A stretch of DNA of 64,000 nt. Source: Octopus vulgaris (lineage: Eukaryota). Where the stretch lies: contig OX597819.1 in NCBI GenBank assembly GCA_951406725.2, positions 110,298,001-110,362,000 on the forward strand. The letters are read 5' to 3'. A program made the translations under genes and the position numbers. Below, piece after piece: positions 12,230 through 25,050 of the stretch. The notes under the pieces are model-generated. The model did no database searches. It was not told the origin of the DNA and worked only from the letters and a program-made list of their open reading frames with translations. The stretch's first letter is position 1. Each line of letters opens with the position of its first letter.

Positions 12230-12282
12230 ATTTGTCAGTGAACAGGTCGCGGTCTCAAAGCGACGAAAATATTTTGACAAAT
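12230..12282 (+). ncRNA. type I hammerhead-like motif with G3:C8 core (GUGAACA)
   Basis: Stem I ATTTGTCA/TGACAAAT; core GTGAACA plus G; stem II GTCGC/GCGAC; GAAA; palindromic stem III ATAT; UU site. Decayed copies lie at 11153-11203(+) and 12146-12194(-). Confidence 0.65.
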
Positions 12283-12629
12283 TAAATTTAAATGTTGAAG
12301 TGAATCTAACGGATTTTGTGTGTTTCTTAAATGGCTTATAAACACCTTCCACGCTGCAATTGCTTTCGTTCCAGCATACGATCTCAGATCAAGTCACTCG
12401 CTATGCAAGTACATCTCCGTAATATATTTTTATTTTTTCAGTTATTTCCTCATGCCCTTTTTCTAAATGTATATATATACTGCATACATTGTTTTATTGT
12501 ATCACATGTTATATTTCAATGTTTCTTTAATGATATTATGTAAACATTTAGATGGTAAGTCAGATATATGCTGTTAAAAAATGTCCCCTTCCACTTTCTT
12601 TACAGACCTTCACATCACCTGAAGTAAGA

Positions 12630-14400
12630 ACGTCTTCTGGAAGGTGTGCAGCGAGCTCGGATAACTTTTGCTACATTTTTGGCGAATTTATGACTAAGAA
12701 ACTTCAAAGGAACATTAATGAATTTTTCAAAAAATCTTCCTATGCCTACTTTAGTCTAAAATTAGGAGACCAAGATAGGAAATGGGTCTACATAAGGCCT
12801 GCTCAATTTGTGTTGAAATACTGAGACAATGGAAAAAATGTATACAAAGAAGTCCTTTCGTTTTGGGGTTCCAATGATATGGAGACAACCTAAAACCCAC
12901 AGTGATGACTGCTACTTTTAGTTATTTAAGGTGCAGGGATACAATTCGAAGAATGGGATAAATATTGTTTATCCAAATCTCCCCTATGCATTGCGACCTG
13001 TTGCCCATGGATCAGACTCTCCAGTCCCATCACCACCAGGAAACCTTGAAGACATGCCCTTGAGTTCTGAGTAAGAGGACAGAAATAGCAATGGTTTCAA
13101 TAGCAGTAAAGGTAAAGAACCTCAATTATTTAACCAGTGTGAAATAAATGATCTGGTGAGGGACTTAAGGCTCGTAAAGGAGTCAGCAGAACTTAGGTTC
13201 CAGTCTTAAATTCAAGAATCTTTTAGCTCCTCGCGCGTCATTCTATTGGCATCGCAATCGCGAAAAAATAGATCTGCCCTGTTTCTCTAAATAAAATGAT
13301 TTAGTCTGTACAGATCTATTAGGCCTAATAAGCAAGCTACAACCTTGATGAAAGGAGACCCTTTATGGACTCTTCATAGAGAAGTCTTAAAGTTGTTCGA
13401 CGGCATAATGGGAATAAGCATACTTCCATCCTTGTTGGACACGCAGTGATCATGAAAGAAACATATGAAAATTTAGTGTCACTCTTGCACAAGATTAAAT
13501 TCAAAGATCAGAACTGGATGGTTTGTGGCAACTAGAGAATAATTTGCACGTTGTTGGACAATAAAAATAAATAAATAGCCTTCGAAAAAGTTTGGTTGAC
13601 CCGAAAAAGGTACTTCTACTTCCTCTACATATAAAACTTGGCCTCGTGAAACAATTTGTAAAAATTTTACCGCAAGATGGAGAAGGATTCGAGTATTTGC
13701 GTAGCCAGATTCCTGCTCTATCGGAGATCAAGGCCGAAGAGAGTGTATTTGGAGGACTAGATATAAGGAAATTCGTCAAGTGATTTGAAAACTCTCCGAG
13801 CGATCCTGAAAAAGATGCATGGTTTAGTTTTAAAGGTGTGATGAAGAACTTCTTGGGTAATCACACGGATCCTAACCACAAAGACACAGTGGAAAGAATG
13901 CAGGAAAAGTTCGAGGCCTTAGGATGTAAAATGAGCATTAAAGTTCATTTCTTACATACCCATTAGGATTTCTCTCTGGGAAATCCGGGGAATGTGAGTG
14001 AGGAGCAGGGGGGAAGATTTTATCAAGACATAAAGAAGATGGAATGCCAATATGATGGCTGACTATAAGGCGGCAAGCGGGCACATTCGCAAAATGCCGC
14101 AAAGCATTTTGTCCATCTTTAAGTTCTGGGTTCTGGGTTCAAATGCCACCGGGGTCGACTTTGCCTTTCATCTTTTCGGAGTCGATAAAATAAGTACCAG
14201 TTGAGCACTGGAGTTGTTGTAATAAGCTACTCCACCCCCCAGCCCCGAAAAAACGAAATAATTATGCCCTTGTGCCAAAGTTTGAAACCTGTATGATGGC
14301 CGACTGTTGCTAGATGTTGCATCGTGAATGCTCATCAAATGTTTACAAGCGAAAGAGCTCCAGGTATAGTTTCCAAATGAAAAAAGAGATTCTAAAGTGC
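12630..14400 (+). pseudogene. Chapaev3 transposase relic with stops and frameshifts, SINE inserted at ~14068-14290
   Basis: ORF fragments 12552-12824 and 13592-13783, plus out-of-frame motifs (NDLVRDL; GCKMSIKVHFLHTPLG; GNVSEEQGGRFYQDIKKME). Confidence 0.85.
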
Positions 14401-14760
14401 TGAACCAAAAAAAAAAAGGGAATAAATCCTTTTTGAGAGTCCATTTTTCCCACCTTTCAGTTGCACTTGTGCCATTTTATTTTTCTAAATTAAATATAAA
14501 ATTAATTTCTATTTCATTTTGTCCTACCATATATGGAATTACCTACAAATTTTGTATATTTTATTATTGAATTATCAAAAAACCTTTGATTATGGGAAAG
14601 AGTTTTTCAAATATTTTGAATTAGCTCCACAAAAATATAAAAAGTAACACAACGATTAAAACAATTTTCGAAAAGTTCCATTTCGCAGACCTGTGTTATT
14701 CAACATGTCTTTCCTTTTTTTAAGGTCGGACGTTATGCTGAAGGGATGTAACTGTTATTT

Positions 14761-15289
14761 CTAGCAGGTTAAACTACCACATAGAGGCTCACTCTTTGTT
14801 GTTGATAGAAGCAGTAATAATGGTAGCATGCTAATGCTTGCAGTAGCATTGGGGTGGTTTTCTACAGATTTAATTGTGGTGTGCTGGTTGAGCGTTGTGG
14901 TGGTAGTGGTAGTGGTGGTGGTGATAAAACTGTGATGGCCTTGTGGTGATGTAGAAGTAGTAGTAGTAGTGACTGTGGTGTGGTTGTAATGTTGGCGGTG
15001 TTGTTCTGATGTGACATTAGTGCTGGCGTGGTAGTGAGGGTGGTGGTTGTAGTAGCGGCGGTAGTGGTGGTGATGGTAGTGGACCTCATTGTCATCGTCG
15101 TTGTTGTAGTAGTGGTGTGGTGTTGTTGCTGTTGTTGTTGTTGCTGCTGCTGGTGGTTGTGGTGGTGTTGGCGGTAGCCTTGGCGGCGTGTATGATTGCT
15201 GTGATGAGCAATCGGAACTTTTTAATCGTATTGTTACACCGTGTGCCTGTGACATTTCCAACCTCTCATCACTGTCACTGGAAAATGAT
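14761..15289 (-). CDS. candidate low-complexity (Thr/His/Pro-rich) coding exon
   Basis: TTTTTTTAAG acceptor followed by ~175 open codons (SFSSDSDERLEMSQAHGVTIRLKSSDCSSQQSYTPPRLPPTPP...). Much of it is trinucleotide repeat, so it may be spurious. Confidence 0.3.
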
Positions 15290-16369
15290 CTTAAAAAAAT
15301 CACCACCACCACCATTACGCCCCCCATACCATCACCTCCACCGTACCACTATAGTATCATTACCCATGCCACCGCCATCGCCACACCCACCCTACCACGA
15401 CGCCACGTCGGGGACAGTACAGAGGGTGAATTACCAAAACAGTGGGAGATTTACATCGAGTCAAAAGGGAAATTAGCAATGACAATAAATAACAATAAAT
15501 CGCGGGCCTCCGTCATCTGGCAACGAGGATTAAGTTGTTCAGCCAACTGAATTACCTGCTCCTGAATTAATACATCAGTTACTGAGTATTTCACAGACAC
15601 GTGTACCCTTGGCATATTTCTCGGGCAGAGTCAGTATGGTATTGCGTGTATGCAACAAGGATGTACCTTATGAATTAAAGGTACAGCGAACTCGGTGGTC
15701 TTCTATACAGTTTTTGTCTACCCAGTCTTACTCATAAAGTGTGGGTTGACCCGGAGGTGAAGGAAATAACTGTCCAAGATGCTACGTAGTGGGATAAAAT
15801 CTAAGACCTTGTGGCTGTAAAAGGAAGTTTTTAATCACTCGTACATACTGCGCCTACTAATAAAGAGAACAACCAAAGGGGAGACAACCACAGAACGAGT
15901 GGGAACACTCTTCCCAAATTCCCGAATTGTACTGGTATATTAAAGATAAGTGACTCCATTCATGTCTTACTATCTGTCTAATGTAGCACATTTAGAGCTG
16001 GCCCATTAAATACTCCAATACTGATACTCTCGCCCATATTTCATAGAATTTATAAGGAGCAGCACCTTCCTCTCTATCCTCACCTTCCTTTTCAACTGAT
16101 ATTTGAAGAAGCAGATGTAGACTTGGTTAATCTGAAAAAAAAAAGCTCCGTCTTCAAATTTTTCACCTGCGTTCACCGCACAATTCTCTTTGTCGTAGCC
16201 ACCAAGTAGAGCATGACGACTCGTTCTTACAAAGAAAGACGGGGGAACTATCTTTACGATAGTCTCGGGTGATAGCTGGGTCTGTCCTTCATGAGAACAT
16301 CTGTTCGAATATAAACTCACAACTCAACAGTGAACGACCATTATTTGTGCATCAACTACCAAGTATTTT

Positions 16370-16778
16370 TGAAATAAACTCGACTGCTCTCACAAACGAG
16401 AATACTAAAATTGAACCCAACTTAATCTCAAACGTTAAGTAAAAAAAAAAACCGGAAGAATAATCCAGAATCTTTGTCCGGTACCGGATCGATCCCCCAA
16501 AATAATCAGTTTGTGCTAGTCACGAGGGCAAACATCCCTGAAACAAACACGACTGAAAACAATACCTCCACCTTAGTGAAGGCTGGCGTAACGAGATTAA
16601 ATAAATAAAAAATTTTAGAAGGGAAAAAAGGATCTTCTTCACCTAATATTCTACATGCTATTATTTATAGCATTATGAGGGCAGCGAGCTGGCAGAAACG
16701 TTAGCACGCTGGGCGAAATGCTTAGCGGTATTTCGTCTGCCGCTACGTTCTGAGTTCAAATTCCGCCGAGGTCGACTG
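16370..16778 (+). repeat. non-autonomous DNA element end, flank and SINE head; uninterrupted paralog of 20710-22750
   Basis: Shares AATAATCCAGAATCTTTGTCCGGTACCGGATCG, the terminal hairpin, and the flank TTAGAAGGGAAAAAAGGATCTTCTTCACCTAATATT with the second copy. Confidence 0.8.
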
Positions 16779-17570
16779 TTGATCTTTAGAGCAGACGACC
16801 CTCCTGATTAATGGGACTTGTCTTTTTCATAACCTACGAAACAGCTTACGCTCCTATACTGTCACATGTTTCCTCCGAAACATGTCACGAAATTCAAACA
16901 GTTTATACACACAAAAAGCGAAGTAGGCGCTAATTAGCTCCATCCGACATTTCAAGAAACGCTTCGTCTCTACGTTTCTGTGTGAAACTGGCCACTACTG
17001 TTTTCAACTTTTAGCAGTTTTTCTCTTCCCTGAGAACTAAACAGAGCCACATCAACCGAATCGTAGATGAAGCGACAGAAGACGCTGACTTAGATGGACT
17101 TACTTTTTCAGATGCTCCTGTACATGCTCACTACCTTCTCCTGGTTAACGCAGGTTTTCGTTAGCATTTAACTGTCCTTCAGTATGATTCCCATCAATTC
17201 GATTTCCGATGCGCTTTTGCTTCAGATCCTATATAGTGTTTGTGGACAATTTAGAGTGATGATGTTAGAAAATTCTCAAGGAGTGCTTCATGCTTGAAGA
17301 AGAAGTGCAGGATACGATATTTGATAAGCTGAGCCGGAAACAAAAAATTCAATGCATTAAAATTAAACAAGAAATGGAAGAAAATTTATTAACGTCAATG
17401 AAAATTACTCTCAAAGTGGGCAAACAAGAGAACTGTGCGCCTGTGTGTATATGTGTGAGTGTGTGTGTATGTGTGTGTGTCTGTCTGTACGTATGTATGC
17501 ATGCATGTATGTATGTATGTATGTATGTATGTATGTATGTATGTATGGATGGATGGATGGATGGATGGAT

Positions 17571-18480
17571 GTTAGTTAGTTAGTTAATTAATTTGGCTCA
17601 AAAGCAAATAGCAAGGCCATGTAGGGGGACATGGAGTTAAGTACAGGGTGGTGTTCATGTAAAGAGTTCAGGCCACTTGAGGTCCAGGGAGGCTTTGAAC
17701 AAAGCGGTCGTCAGCATCTTCACCATCTCGTCTGGCAGCTTGTTCCACGGATCCGCAACCCGGACGGAGATAGCTCCTCTCCTTCGATTGAGATGAAATC
17801 GTCGCAGGTAGAGCTTTTCGGAATGACCCCGCAGCCGACGCTCTGGAGCAGGAGTGAAGAACAGCTCTTTCGAGAGGTTACACTTTCCGCTTATGATGTT
17901 GTGGGCGAGAATGAGATCACCACGGCGGCGGCGTTTTTCAAGAGAATAAAGGTCGAGCGTCCTCAGCCTTTCTTCGTAGGACAAATTTTTGAGACCATGA
18001 ACCATGCGGGTAGCCAGCTTCTGGACTCTTTCGAGATGCTGTATGTCTTTGAGGAGATAAGGAGAAGAGGCTTGAATCCCGTACTCCAATATGGGTCTCA
18101 CCAGCGTGACATAGAGTGGTAGGAATATGGCTGCTGTGAGCATTCCGAATGACCGTCGAATCAAGAACAGAATTCCGCGTGCTTTGTTGGCAGCATGGAC
18201 GCACTAGGCCGAAGGCGAAAAGGAGGAATCCACGGAGATACCCGGGTCCTTTACCTGGTCGGTCCTCTCCAGCAGCAGACGACCCGGCTCGAAATCAAGT
18301 TGAGTTGCAGGAGGAGAGCCAACAGGCAGATGACAGCACTTTGACACGTTCAGACACAGGTCCCATTCGTTAGACCACTTCCAAATTTGGTGGAGGCATC
18401 GACGAAGATCCTCTATATCACCGCGAGGAGCGACCAGTTTGATATCGTCGGCATGGATGGATATACCTACGCCGAAGTGC
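17571..18480 (-). mobile_element. 5'-truncated CR1-clade LINE (RT end plus ORF2 C-terminus)
   Basis: Motifs HADDIKL, LNVSKCCHL, LVRPILEYG, LERVQKLATRMV, YSLEKRRRRGDLI and WNKLP. There is a frameshift near 18200 and a (CTAA)n tail. Confidence 0.92.
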
Positions 18481-18553
18481 GTACATGTAGGAGTATGCGC
18501 ATATGGATGGATATATATGTGTGTGTGTGTATATGTGTGTGCTTGTATGTATG

Positions 18554-18589
<36 letters not shown>

Positions 18590-18592
18590 AGA

Positions 18593-18623
<31 letters not shown>

Positions 18624-18679
18624 TGTGTGTGTGTGTGCGCGCATATATAAAGCTATATATGTATAACTATAAACTGGTA

Positions 18680-18994
18680 TTCCGTGAATTACGACGACCA
18701 ACGTTCCAGTTGATCCTATCAACAGAACAACCTGCTTATGAAATTCACGAGCAAGTGGCTGAGTACTCCTCAGACATATGTAGCTTTAACGTAGTTCTCA
18801 GGGAGAATCAGCATGAGAAAGTATATGACAAGACTGGCTCTTTGAATTACATGTACAACTCATTTTTGCCATCTGAGTGGACAGGGAAAACGCGAAATAA
18901 AATGTCTTGCTCAAGGAGACAACGTACCACCTAGGATCGAACTCACGGCCTTATGATCGTCAGCGGAATAACCTAAGCAATAAGCAACACGCCT
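18680..18994 (-). mobile_element. tRNA-derived SINE, family E
   Basis: On the minus strand there is a tRNA-like head (GAGTTCGATCC) and a TTGAGCAAGACA core. A related 3' piece lies at ~15510-15685. Confidence 0.7.
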
Positions 18995-19663
18995 TAATTC
19001 CATAACCATATGTAAACACATTAATAACAAAATATTTTTTGGGGACTGTAGTAAAAGCAGGAACAGATAGATTCGTTTCAATCTTGTTATGGAATTTCTT
19101 CAGTGATTGTGTCTTTTAACTAATACATTTAGTTAACACAGCTGGTAATCGCGCTGAGAGCGTTTTTTTGTTGTAGCAAAATCATAAAGAGCTGTGAACA
19201 TTTGAAACTTAAGCTATTGAGGTATCTGATCCTAACTCTAGATAAGCCCTTTGTAACAAAGGTTTTATAATTAATGCCACTGTTGACAATTTAAGATGGT
19301 ATTCTGTCACTGATGAAATTCCAATAAATATTGATACTAGGCTAGCTGCTGGCTGATCTTTCTTTTTCTTTTTCGACAAAGATATTCTACATAAGACAAG
19401 GTGTTTGCATCTGTCTATACGTAAGAGTGCTGGTTAAAAATATCTACAGCCGTATTCTATAGTAGTGTTGTATTCAAACAAAACGCTGTTAACCAGTAAT
19501 ACACACACACACACACACACACATGTACATACATAAAAATACACACACACACACACACGCACATATATATGCATGTATATATATGTGTATATATATATAT
19601 GTATGTATACGCGTATGTATGTATTTATAATTACATACATGCATGCATACATACATACATAAA

Positions 19664-19734
<71 letters not shown>

Positions 19735-20216
19735 ATGCGTGGACATGTGTATATGTTTAAGCGTATCTTCTGCATATGTTCGTGTGTTGAGGGAGTAAAG
19801 GGTTATATATAGATAGATAACCCGAGAGTTGCATATGTATAAACAACCTAATGGGTGTTTATCAATGTATAACATGGATGTTTATTAACACAATGCACAG
19901 TAAAATATACAGACTGTGAGCAACATTGCCACCCAGACAGCCGCATCTATGCAGATACATGCACAAATATATACACATACATATATACACCTACATGCAT
20001 ACGCAGAGAGATAATTTGGCATATATATATGTGTGTGTGTGTTTGTGCACCTACACACTCACACATACACGCATATGTGTGTGTGTGTTTACGTATGTAT
20101 GTATGTGTGTGTATATGTAGTTATGTGTGAGTGTCTCTAATTATCTTCTTATTGATTCAAGCCATTGGACTATCATCATAAATGCATGAACCCACACACA
20201 TATGTATGCATGACTG

Positions 20217-20248
<32 letters not shown>

Positions 20249-20292
20249 TTCTCTCTCTCTTTCCCCCTCTCTCTCTCTGTATATATATATAT

Positions 20293-20352
<60 letters not shown>

Positions 20353-20611
20353 GCTAGCAGAATGGTTAGCACGATGGGCAAAATGCTTAGCAGCATTTCA
20401 CCTCTCTTTAAGTTCTGAGTTCGAATTCTGCCGAGGTCGAATTCGCCTTTTATCCTTCCGGGATTGATGAAATAAGTACCTGTTCCGCATTGGGATCGAT
20501 GCGATTGAACTTACCACGTCATCTGAAATTGTTGACCATGTATCAAAATTTGAAATCAATATATATATTAAATCTGTTTTTAACGGTGGAACTGGAAATT
20601 GTTAAAATAAT

Positions 20612-22553
20612 AGCAATTACTGCACTGAGAAAGTGCAAGCCTCCGCCAAGGCAACACCAACGTCCTCTCAACAATTAGCTAGAGATGATTTTTAAAATGA
20701 GAATATCTGAAATAAACTCGATTGCTCTCATAACGAAAATACTAAAAATGAACCCAACCGCTCTCAAAAATTAAGTAAAAAAAACGGAAAAATAATCCAG
20801 AATCTTTGTCCGGTACCGGATCGACCCCAAAATCTAATCAGTTCGTGCGAGTATGTAGTAGTATTTTTTTTCTTGGTATTTTCTGTCGAATTGCTTTTGT
20901 GAAGTTTTAATTGTTGTGTTCTTTGCAGCATTCGTTCGTGCTTTCCCTCATTGAGAGTTAGCGATGGCTGACAAAAGAAATTTATTTTACTCAGACCTCA
21001 GCGGGTCGGAGCTTTCAACATCTGAGCAAGAACTGTTGAGGTCTATTGATTTTATGGACAAGGAATTGGAAGGAAGAAAGAGGAAGTTCGCGGACATCGT
21101 CCGAGAGTCGGATGACAATGTGGAAATAGAAATAGGCAAATTCAAGAAATTATTAAGTCGGGACGGTTACAACGCACAAGTAACCCCCATCGCATGAAAC
21201 AAAAGAAATAATGCAAAAAAGAACGGTGATGTACAAGACCTACTCGGTTAAGAAAGGTAAAATTGACCACATGACAACAGAGCAAGTAGAGAAGGTGCTG
21301 AGGCCAGTCTGGTAAGAAATAACATATCTTTTGGAGAAGTCGAAGTCGGGTACATATATGAAAATACGGCGAAAAAACACGCGGCACGAAGAGTTAGTAC
21401 TTCTATCCATGTATCTGAGACAGAGAGCGTCTCGGGTAAGGGTAGAAGGAATTCCACCAGAGATAGATGTGGCCTGGATAGCGGCCGCTGTTTTGGCTGA
21501 AATCGAGGACAAAATAGCGGTGCTCTAGGCCACGAAAACGAAAAGCGTGAATTGGAAAGGCCAAGTTTTGAACATGCTAATTCAAGGTTCAAATGAGGCA
21601 ATAGAAGAAATGGTGAAAACGGTGACTGTAAACGATACCATAATGAATGTAAGGGTGGAAGGCAGAATACCTCGCTGTTTCCAATGTGGCCAGAAGGACC
21701 ACATAAGAGCGAAATGCCCTCCACCGGATAAAAGAGTGGAGGAATTACAAGAAGAAGACCATAAAGAGAAGACACAAGAGAAGCCCCAGGAAGGACAAGA
21801 GGAGGAAGAAATGGATCCAGAAAAAGAGGAAGAATGGGAAAAATGGGAAAAAGAAAGAGAAGGAAGAGGAAAAAGACAAGTCTGATACACACAGAACTTC
21901 ACCCAACAATTACCCAAGGCCCACCCATACCCTCTTTGTTCCTCACTCGCCCTGCAGAAACTAAGCCTTCCCATTCCTCTCCATCACAAAAACAAAAGAA
22001 AAGATCACATTCACACAATGAGACCGAAATATCCTCTCCATGTTTAGCGTGTATAATATATGATGAGGACCTGTTTGAAAAGGCAATTGAATGGGAGAAC
22101 ACGGTTCATGTCGATGTAGAGGATGAGGAGGGAGTGGACGGTGTGGTGCTGATATTAACGGAACAGCAAAGGATGGAAGTAGAGAGGCACAACGGGGAGT
22201 ATGAATTGTAGAAGATTGACTTTGACGAGGAAAAGCTTCCACAGAGTATTGAATTTAAAGAACTGAAAAAGAGGTATAGCTTAGATATAACGGAGAATAG
22301 GAGAAAGGAAGCAAGTGATGTTACTTGATGGGGCAGGTAACACCATTTTCTTTTTCTAATTTTCTACATCTTTCATTATATCATATGTTTCATTTTATTT
22401 TATTTTTTTGTAATTGTTGTATGTCCCTCTATATTGGCCCTTTATGGGTAATAAAAAAACAGATCCCAAAATCTAATCAGTTTGTGCCAGTCACATCCCT
22501 GAAGCAAACACGACTGAAAACAATACATCCGCCTTTGTGAAGGCGGAGGCAAC
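20612..22553 (+). mobile_element. non-autonomous DNA element (Helentron/CryptonV-like ends) split by a retro-insertion
   Basis: 5' CCTCCGCCAAGGC and 3' hairpin TCCGCCTTTGTGAAGGCGGAGG. The superfamily is uncertain. Confidence 0.55.
20853..22461 (+). mobile_element. ORF1(gag-like)-only retroelement of L1/Tx1 type with poly(A) and ~30 bp TSD
   Basis: Decayed ORF from 20964 with zinc knuckle RCFQCGQKDHIRAKC and no RT. Ends in AATAAAAAAA. The flanks 20823-20852 and 22462-22491 match at 27 of 30 positions. Confidence 0.8.
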
Positions 22554-22644
22554 AAGAAGAGATTGAATAAGAAAAAATAACTTTAGAAGGGAAAAAAGGA
22601 TCTTCTTCACCTAATATTATACATGCTATTATTTATAGCATTAT

Positions 22645-23325
22645 GAGGGCGCCGAGCTTGCAGGCACATTAGCACGCCGGGCTAAATGCTTAGCTGGTAT
22701 TTCATCTGCCGCAACGTTCTGAGTTCAAATTCCGCCGAGGTCGACTTTGCCTTTCATCCTTTCGGGGTCGATTAAATAAGTACCAGTTACGCACTGGGGT
22801 CGATATAATCGACTTAATCCGTTTGTCTGTCCTTGTTTGTCCTCTCTGTGTTTAGCCCCTTGTGGGTAGTAAAGAAATAGGTATTTCACCTGCCGCTACG
22901 TTCTGAGTTCAAATTCCGCCGAGGTCGACTTTGCCTTTCATCCTTTCGGGGTCGATTAAATAAGTACCAGTTACGCACTGGGGTCGATATAATCGACTTA
23001 ATCCGTTTGTCTGTCCTCTCTGTGTTTAGCCCCTTGTGGGTAGTAAAGAAATAGATATTTCGCCTGTCGCTACGTTCTGATTTCAAATTCCACTGCGGCC
23101 GACTTTGCCCTTCGTCATTTGGGACTCAATAAAATAAATACAGGCTAAGTACTGGGGTCGATGTAATCGACTCATCCCCACCTCCAGCATCATCAAGGTG
23201 GAGAACTGGCAGAAACGTTAACACGCCGGGCGAAACGTTTAGCGGTATTTCGTCTGCCGTTACGTTCTGAGTTCAAATTCCGCCGAGGTCAACTTTGGCT
23301 TTCCTCCTTTCGGGGTCGATAAATT
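22645..23325 (+). mobile_element. tandem run of tRNA-derived SINE family A
   Basis: GTTCTGAGTTCAAATTCCGCCGAGGTCGACTTTGCCTTTCATCCTTTCGGGGTCGAT (or a close variant) recurs four times. Other copies lie near 8500, 10733, 14068, 16677, 20352, 25815, 33870(-), 35925(-), 39675, 42430, 46820 and 63670. Confidence 0.9.
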
Positions 23326-23500
23326 ACAAGCAGATAAAATTTAACCAATGTTTCAATTTACAGAATATTTTAGACAAAATAACTGGATTATTTACATTAT
23401 TTACATTTTTTAGAACTGAAAATAACTGGATGTTTGTTATGCCTGTAGCACTTTTAATTGATGATAGAGGTAGTTATTGCAATATCAGTATATCTATATA

Positions 23501-25050
23501 TCTATATATATAAAACTTAGAATGTGTGTCTGTCTGTCTATCTGTCTGTTTCCCTAAAACTTGAGAACTACAAAACCAATTTCATTCAAATTTTACACAT
23601 GCCTTACTTAGGGTCCGGGGAGTGTCATCGGCAAAATTTTAAAAAACTTTTTGCCTAGGGCGAGCCCACAGCAATATCATATCTTCTCCACTACGATTCC
23701 CTAAAACTTGAGAACTACACAACCAATTTCATTCAAATTTTACACATGCCTTACTTAGGGTCCATGTAGTTTCATGGGCGAAAAAAATGTTCAACTTCTT
23801 GCTTAGGGCGAGTCCATAGCAATATCATATCTTCTCCACTGTTTCAGTATTACGTGTTAAAAGTGAAACAAAAACATTTCTCTATTTTATGTCAAATACT
23901 TTCACTTTAACAATAAAAATTAGAGATAATGATAACAATTGAATTATATGTAGCAAGTAATAATTAAAATCAAACTAAAGTATAATATAATCGTAACATA
24001 ACAAAAGTAAAAATAGCAATTGGTATAAAATTGCATCAATGACTTGAACTTAAATATGTGGTTTCACATGAATGGGAATAAATTAAATTAAATCAACTGT
24101 GTACTGCTTTTTGATTCACCGTAAGGTTTGTTGTTATTATTACTGTTTAACTATTGTTATCACGTTTGTTGGTTCCTCGGAAGGGAAACGTTGTTGTGTT
24201 GCATTTGTTAAATAATTGTAAACTGTAAACCTCCCCCTTTTGGAGAAGGAGCTTTGGTTATTGTTTAAAACTTGAATTGTGTCCCTGTTTGGGGAAATTG
24301 ACAATATTTTTACCGTTTATACCGAAACATTTTTGTTAAAATGCCTTCGATAGAAGAAAGTCCAAAAATGAATTTCGCTGCAGCCGTCGGCGGGCGCAAA
24401 CTCATTAAAATTAAAAAGGAAGAAATACAAGCCTATTTCGGATTGATCACCGACAAAGACGGTGAATCTAGGATAACACCACAAAACGAAATAAAAGATT
24501 AAATTAAAGAAAAGACTATTATCTATAAAGTATACAATGTAGAGAAAAAAAGGATTTGAACACCTGAAGGAAAGCACCATTGAAAAGTGTCTTGGTGCGA
24601 CTATGCAAGATATCTAACCAGAGGTGGTAAGTTCCCCACAATAGAAGCAAGGTTCGAGTCAACGGAGTGTGCAAGGGAGTACTCGACTCGAATCTTGCAA
24701 AGTGGAAATATTTTATTTTTACCTTTATATCTGGGACGTAGGACGTCCCGGATAAAAATTAAAAATGTCCCCCCAGAAGTAGAGGTAGACCGGATTGTAG
24801 CCACACTTCTATACAAGAGGGAGGACAAGATACAATTGATCGAAATTGCAAGAGACGGGCCTACAATTCCAGTCTGTTATATATTTTGAGTATTGTTATC
24901 GCTAGCGATATCAAGATATAACTTTGTATTTTGTATTTTATGTGTAGATGTATATATATATATAGAGATGTACATGTAATATGAACACATATATATACAC
25001 ATATATACATGCACTAACACTATGACCCGGCAACGACGGGTCATAATGCT

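Larger units (their letters stand above)
11684..14695 (+). mobile_element. Chapaev3 (CMC) DNA transposon with complete ends and a decayed transposase
   Basis: TIRs CACGGGTCTGCGA / TCGCAGACCTGTG match at 12 of 13 positions, with a TTA duplication on both sides. Transposase motifs include DNFCYIFGEF, LKLGDQD, FGVPMIWRQPKTHSDDCYF and VDPKKVLLLPLHIKLGLVKQFVK. Confidence 0.85.
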
